Assembly: GCF_006345805.1 (NCBI RefSeq)
Contig: NC_043007.1
Span: forward strand, 12,772,001 to 12,836,000
Source: Octopus sinensis
Taxonomy: Eukaryota
Reading direction: 5' to 3'
Length of the DNA stretch: 64,000 nucleotides
The position numbers and the translations under genes are program-made. The first letter of the stretch is position 1. Each line of letters opens with the position of its first letter. This document shows positions 59,822 to 64,000 of this stretch, in pieces. The notes below the pieces were generated by a model. The model did not search any database, was not told the DNA's origin, and worked only from the letters and a program-made list of their open reading frames with translations.

Positions 59822-60076
59822 AATAGCAATGTTCTACCTTCGAATGAGAGCATGTATCCCTGCCCCGTAAAATTCTGTTGACTGTTCTCTGAGCCACTTC
59901 TTCACTACCTCCACACTCACCAGATTTAGCGCCTTCAGACTATCATCTCTTGAAAGAGGGTTTGAGAGGCAAACATTATTCCAGTGACGAGGAAGTGGAA
60001 ACTGTAGGGAAGAAGTGGCTCAAAGAACAGTCAACAGAATTTTACTGGGCAGGGATACATGCTCTCATTCGAAGGT
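59822..60076. mobile_element. Mariner C-terminal fragment with inverted duplication
   Basis: Plus strand PPHSPDLAPSDYHL..LKEGLRGKHYSSDEEVET..KKWLKEQSTEFYWAGIHALIRR; 59836-59903 is the reverse complement of 60009-60076 (66/68). Confidence 0.85.
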
Positions 60077-60853
60077 GCTCTTTTCCCTATCTTCCCCAGC
60101 TTCCCCTCCTACCATTCCCCCATCTCTCTGCCTTGAATCACTGTCCACTCGCTCTTCTGTTCCCCCTCCAGTTATAGGAATCACTTAGGGGCCTTAGCTT
60201 TGCAAGTTATGAGGTGATTGTCACTAGTGCTGGTGCTGGGTGTTAGAAAGGGCATCTAGCTGTACAGACCATGCTGGAGCAGGCACTGGTGCAATGCACA
60301 GTCCTCTGAATTGTCAAACCCTGTGAGACTGTCCAACTCATGCCAGCATGGAAACCAGATTGATGATAATGATGATGATGATGATGACGGCGACGACAAC
60401 AATAACGACAATGACGACGACAATGATGTTGATGATGACAATGATGATGGTGGTGGTGATTGTGGTGGTGGTGATGACAATGATGACACTGACGATGCTG
60501 CTGCTGACAACAATGGCAATGACGACAACGATGATGATAATGATGATGATGTCTATATTTTTCAGTCAAACTACTTCTGGAATGCTTTTACCTGGCTTTC
60601 CTTGGATTTAACAAAAGTCTTGACTATAGTCGTACAGTTAAGTGGGTGTGTTTGCCGTTTCAAACTTTTTTTTTATTGTCATTGTTCAATTGCATTTATA
60701 AATGGTATTCTCTAGTGGTTTCATAATTATGAGGGGGCCCTGAAAAGTTCCTGGCTTTAAGGCTTGGTTGGAGGCCCAAAATTCAGAGTTCATTTACAGA
60801 CCTTAGAAAAACTGAAGATCCACTGCAATAACTGAGTGAATCTGAGAGAAGAA

Positions 60854-61245
60854 TCTCTCTCTATATAAAGCTGAAGTTGTCTGTGTATGGCAGGTTTGGT
60901 AGCCTTCAACTAACACTATCTCCTCCGAGACCCTGTGGCGCAAGTTGACCAAAATTGAGAGTATGATAGAAGAACGCTTGCTCTTCCTTCCGTAGAAGAA
61001 AAAATTCAAATCGGACCATGTTAACACTAAAAATTATTTACATCAAAAAGGTGCTTTTTTTCTATGAAAATCCCTATTTTTTACGATTTTTTTACTGCTG
61101 TGTTGCCATTTTTCGGTGTATTTCAACCAGAAAAATGTTCACTTAAGGAGAATAACAAGCTACATAATGCAAAATTTTTACTTTTCAAAAATTCCAATTC
61201 TAAAGGGTCGAAACAAACCCGAGCAACGCCAGGCGATACTGCTAG
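60854..61245 (+). mobile_element. Non-autonomous Helitron-like element, copy 3
   Basis: A|TCTCTCTCTATATAAAGCTGAAG ... CCCGAGCAACGCCAGG CGATACTG CTAG|T. Confidence 0.75.
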
Positions 61246-61499
61246 TATTGAATAAACTCATAATTAAATGGATCCTCCATTTTCTTTTACCCCAAAGCCA
61301 AAAACTTTCCAACACTTGCCCATAAAAAAATGTAATGTTTTTCTTTTTTAAATTTCTCTTTTCTAATGTTTTTCATTTGTTATTAAAAACATGTCAATCA
61401 TCCATTTGAAACTAAACTGAATGGTCCTTTATATTTCATTAGCTTCTTTTCAAACAAAACATTTACACTTTTTGTGGCCCCTTTTCTGTCTTTCTCCCT

Positions 61500-61975
61500 C
61501 TTTGTGTGTGTGCGTGTGTATATATGTATGTTTGTGTGTGTGTATATATATATATATGTGTGTATATATGTATGTTTGTGTGTGTGTGTGTTTGTATATA
61601 TATATATATATATATATATGCATGTATGTGTATGTATGTATGGATATATGCATATATATCTATTAAAACAGACATACACAAACACACATATGCATGTACA
61701 TACACACAAGCACACTGCATGCAAACATACATGCACGCACTTACAAACATCCATCATACATACATACATACATACATACATAAATACATACATACATAAA
61801 TACATACATATATACATACATAAATACATACATATATACATACATACACACACACATACATAAATACATACATACATACATACATACATACATACATACA
61901 TACATACATACATACATACATACATACATACATACATGCATGCATGCATGCACCCCACCAAACACACACACAGAG
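61500..61975. repeat. (TG/TA)n then (CATA)n microsatellites
   Basis: Direct inspection. Confidence 0.9.
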
Positions 61976-62249
61976 TCTGCTACAAACATTTTAGTGAGTA
62001 AACAGCCAAAGTTTTTTGTTCAGATCCTACAAGAAAGGACTGATACATTTTCAAAATACCTAACAACCATTTCGATTAAAATTTTCAATTTACATTTAAA
62101 TTATAGGCCTTTGTGATTTTTTATTACAGACAGGGCCAACTCGGACGGAAAATGCAAAAGGAAGTTCATAAATTTGCACCGTTTTTCCGTTTTGATGTAT
62201 TACATTGACAGATTTAAAACAGCTTTATGAAATTCCTGTGTAATTCGCG

Positions 62250-62590
62250 GTAAAAATTGAGCTTGATTATAAGGTGGGCGAATTATGAAGCCTTTCGGCG
62301 GCCGATCTCGCTCGTATCTAAATAGGATCCTTCTGATCTGACACGTGATCGCTTTAAATTGAAATCAATTTCAACCGGAAATAGCCGGTGCCCCGCGCGC
62401 GCTTCAAAAGTAAACAAACGACGAGGTCAGATTTTTTTTTGCCCCGTTTTTCCTTCACATTATAAACAGGAAATGTATTTAGGAGCAATGGATTTATGAA
62501 TCTTATCTTCGAGGATTGATTTCTAACGATTAAAACCATCCCTGTTCATATATCGAAACATTTTCCTGCCCATCCAGCTGAGAAAACCAG
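62250..62590 (+). promoter_or_regulatory. Probable promoter and 5' non-coding exon of a plus-strand gene
   Basis: CpG-rich patch in a CpG-poor window, with CACGTG (62342), ETS-like ACCGGAAAT (62374) and CGCGCGCG (62394). Donor CAG|GTAAAT at 62590/62591 is followed by pyrimidine-rich intron-like sequence. Confidence 0.45.
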
Positions 62591-63415
62591 GTAAATACGC
62601 AAAGAATTCTTTCTCTTTTGTTGCTATTGTTCTGTGTAATTCACTTTTTCTTGAGCTTTTCTCTTTGTTTATTCTGATCTCTCTTTAAAGCTATCTTAAT
62701 AAGATTCCTTCCTTTATTTCCGATCGCCGTTTTAAAACAAATCTGTTGAGAATAATACGTGATAATACTTCCTGATAATTATCCATTCCACAATAGATTC
62801 GCGCACTCACTTTTGTTTTGTATATCAGTTATAAAGGTTTACAAGAATACATCTCGGTTGAAGCACCTGTTCGTATTTACCAGATCGTATCCAAACATTG
62901 TATTCGGTTAAATCCCGTAATTCATTTATTTTAAAATCTACTAATATTTTGTTCCTGTTTTCATCCGCTTGTCAAATAACTCGCCGAATTGTCTCTATTT
63001 TGAAAATGAACGGCCAGAAGAGAAGTGTTCGTATGTCTAATTGACATACAGTAGGGAACATCCTTCGACTACAAGATGTCACATTTATACATAAACGATT
63101 TTAAATATTAATTTCGAGGGAATTTTTCGAATATTGTTTTTGATTATTATTATCATCATGATCCTGTAATGTTTTTGAGTGGAAGGAATTAATCGATCCA
63201 AACTCGAGCATGCGAATGCTAATAAGTTATTGATAATTGATTGATACGGGTGTTGTCTACCTTTCGCCATTTATTGAGTGGTTTTGATTTATATTGGGTT
63301 TTTCTATGAGATTCATCATTTTGTCCCATAGGTTTCATAAATGAATTTCTTCGACAAAATTTATATATTTTGCTATTTACATGGTATTTTTCATTTGTCT
63401 AGCTGAGAACAAATG

Positions 63416-63487
<72 letters not shown>

Positions 63488-64000
63488 ACATATTTAATGT
63501 AGTGAGCTTCAAAAAATACTATGATGTGAAAGAAAATTTGTTTCAGCAAGTACGTGAAGCAATTCCGGGCTTGTTTCGGTATTATCAAACCTCCTCAGCC
63601 AAGTATAGATTTCGTTGTATATGTTGAAGTTGCAGTAAAAGAATCAAGATTTTGCCCTCGTTAACGTAGAAAAACAGGAATACTCAAAGAATATATCACT
63701 CTTAGATTAAAATTAGTCAAAGATTTATATTGTTGTTTCACAGCATTTTTCGATTTAGCTTCAAAATCACACACACAGAACAAATTACGTTTTTCTTGAT
63801 ATTTCTGTCGACAGAACAAGGAAGTTTGGCCTGATCAGTTTCAGTTCTGGTTAGGGTTCCTTTCAGAGGTCTTTGTCCACTGAAAAATGTAATCACTGCC
63901 AATAAAGACTTCAGAAAATTGGTTTATTTTAATATGTACAAATAATGCTTCCTTGGCATCATGGTATGTTTATATATATATCTGTAAATGTAATATGTGA

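Noticed and set aside
47773-61989. Long ORFs of MYVC, HTYI, poly-I/L/Y, poly-D/H type
   Set aside because: Translations of (TATG)n, (CA)n, (TAA)n and (GAT)n repeats; not genes.
42200-62000. ALG12 head-to-head with CRELD, as in mammals
   Set aside because: No ALG12-like peptide (e.g. TKVEESFN, HKELRF) in the supplied ORFs or in the exon-like stretches I read; very small exons could have been missed.

Overview
AT-rich eukaryotic genomic DNA, very probably a cephalopod (Octopus-like). This is inferred from the SINE/MITE families, the heavy (TA)n/(CA)n/(TATG)n/(TAA)n load and the intron style. One complete protein-coding gene could be assembled by hand: an 11-exon CRELD (cysteine-rich with EGF-like domains) gene on the minus strand, ATG 41803 to TGA 19535. 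It has 1236 nt of CDS (411 aa), all GT-AG introns with matching phases. The protein has a signal peptide, a CXXC/DUF3456 domain, EGF/furin/cbEGF repeats and a CRELD1-type two-TM C-terminus. A perfect ER-stress element (CCAAT-N9-CCACG) and a UPRE-like TGACGTG lie about 370 bp upstream. Both middle cysteines of the N-terminal domain are lost. Also present: a probable terminal exon of an unidentified plus-strand gene (~6.45 kb), a probable promoter/5' exon at ~62.3-62.6 kb, and decayed exon-like frames. The rest is tRNA-derived SINEs, LINE (RTE, CR1-like) fragments, Tc1/mariner remnants, piggyBac- and hAT-type MITEs, three non-autonomous Helitrons and simple repeats. The most unusual signals are: (1) a tRNA-like Pol III head flanked by inverted ~165-bp arms that each carry a minimal hammerhead ribozyme (8515-8913); (2) further hammerhead remnants inside CRELD introns; (3) many near-perfect fold-back palindromes; (4) a ~150-bp inverted templated duplication bracketing CRELD exon 3. 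Almost all ORFs in the supplied track are spurious translations of repeats.
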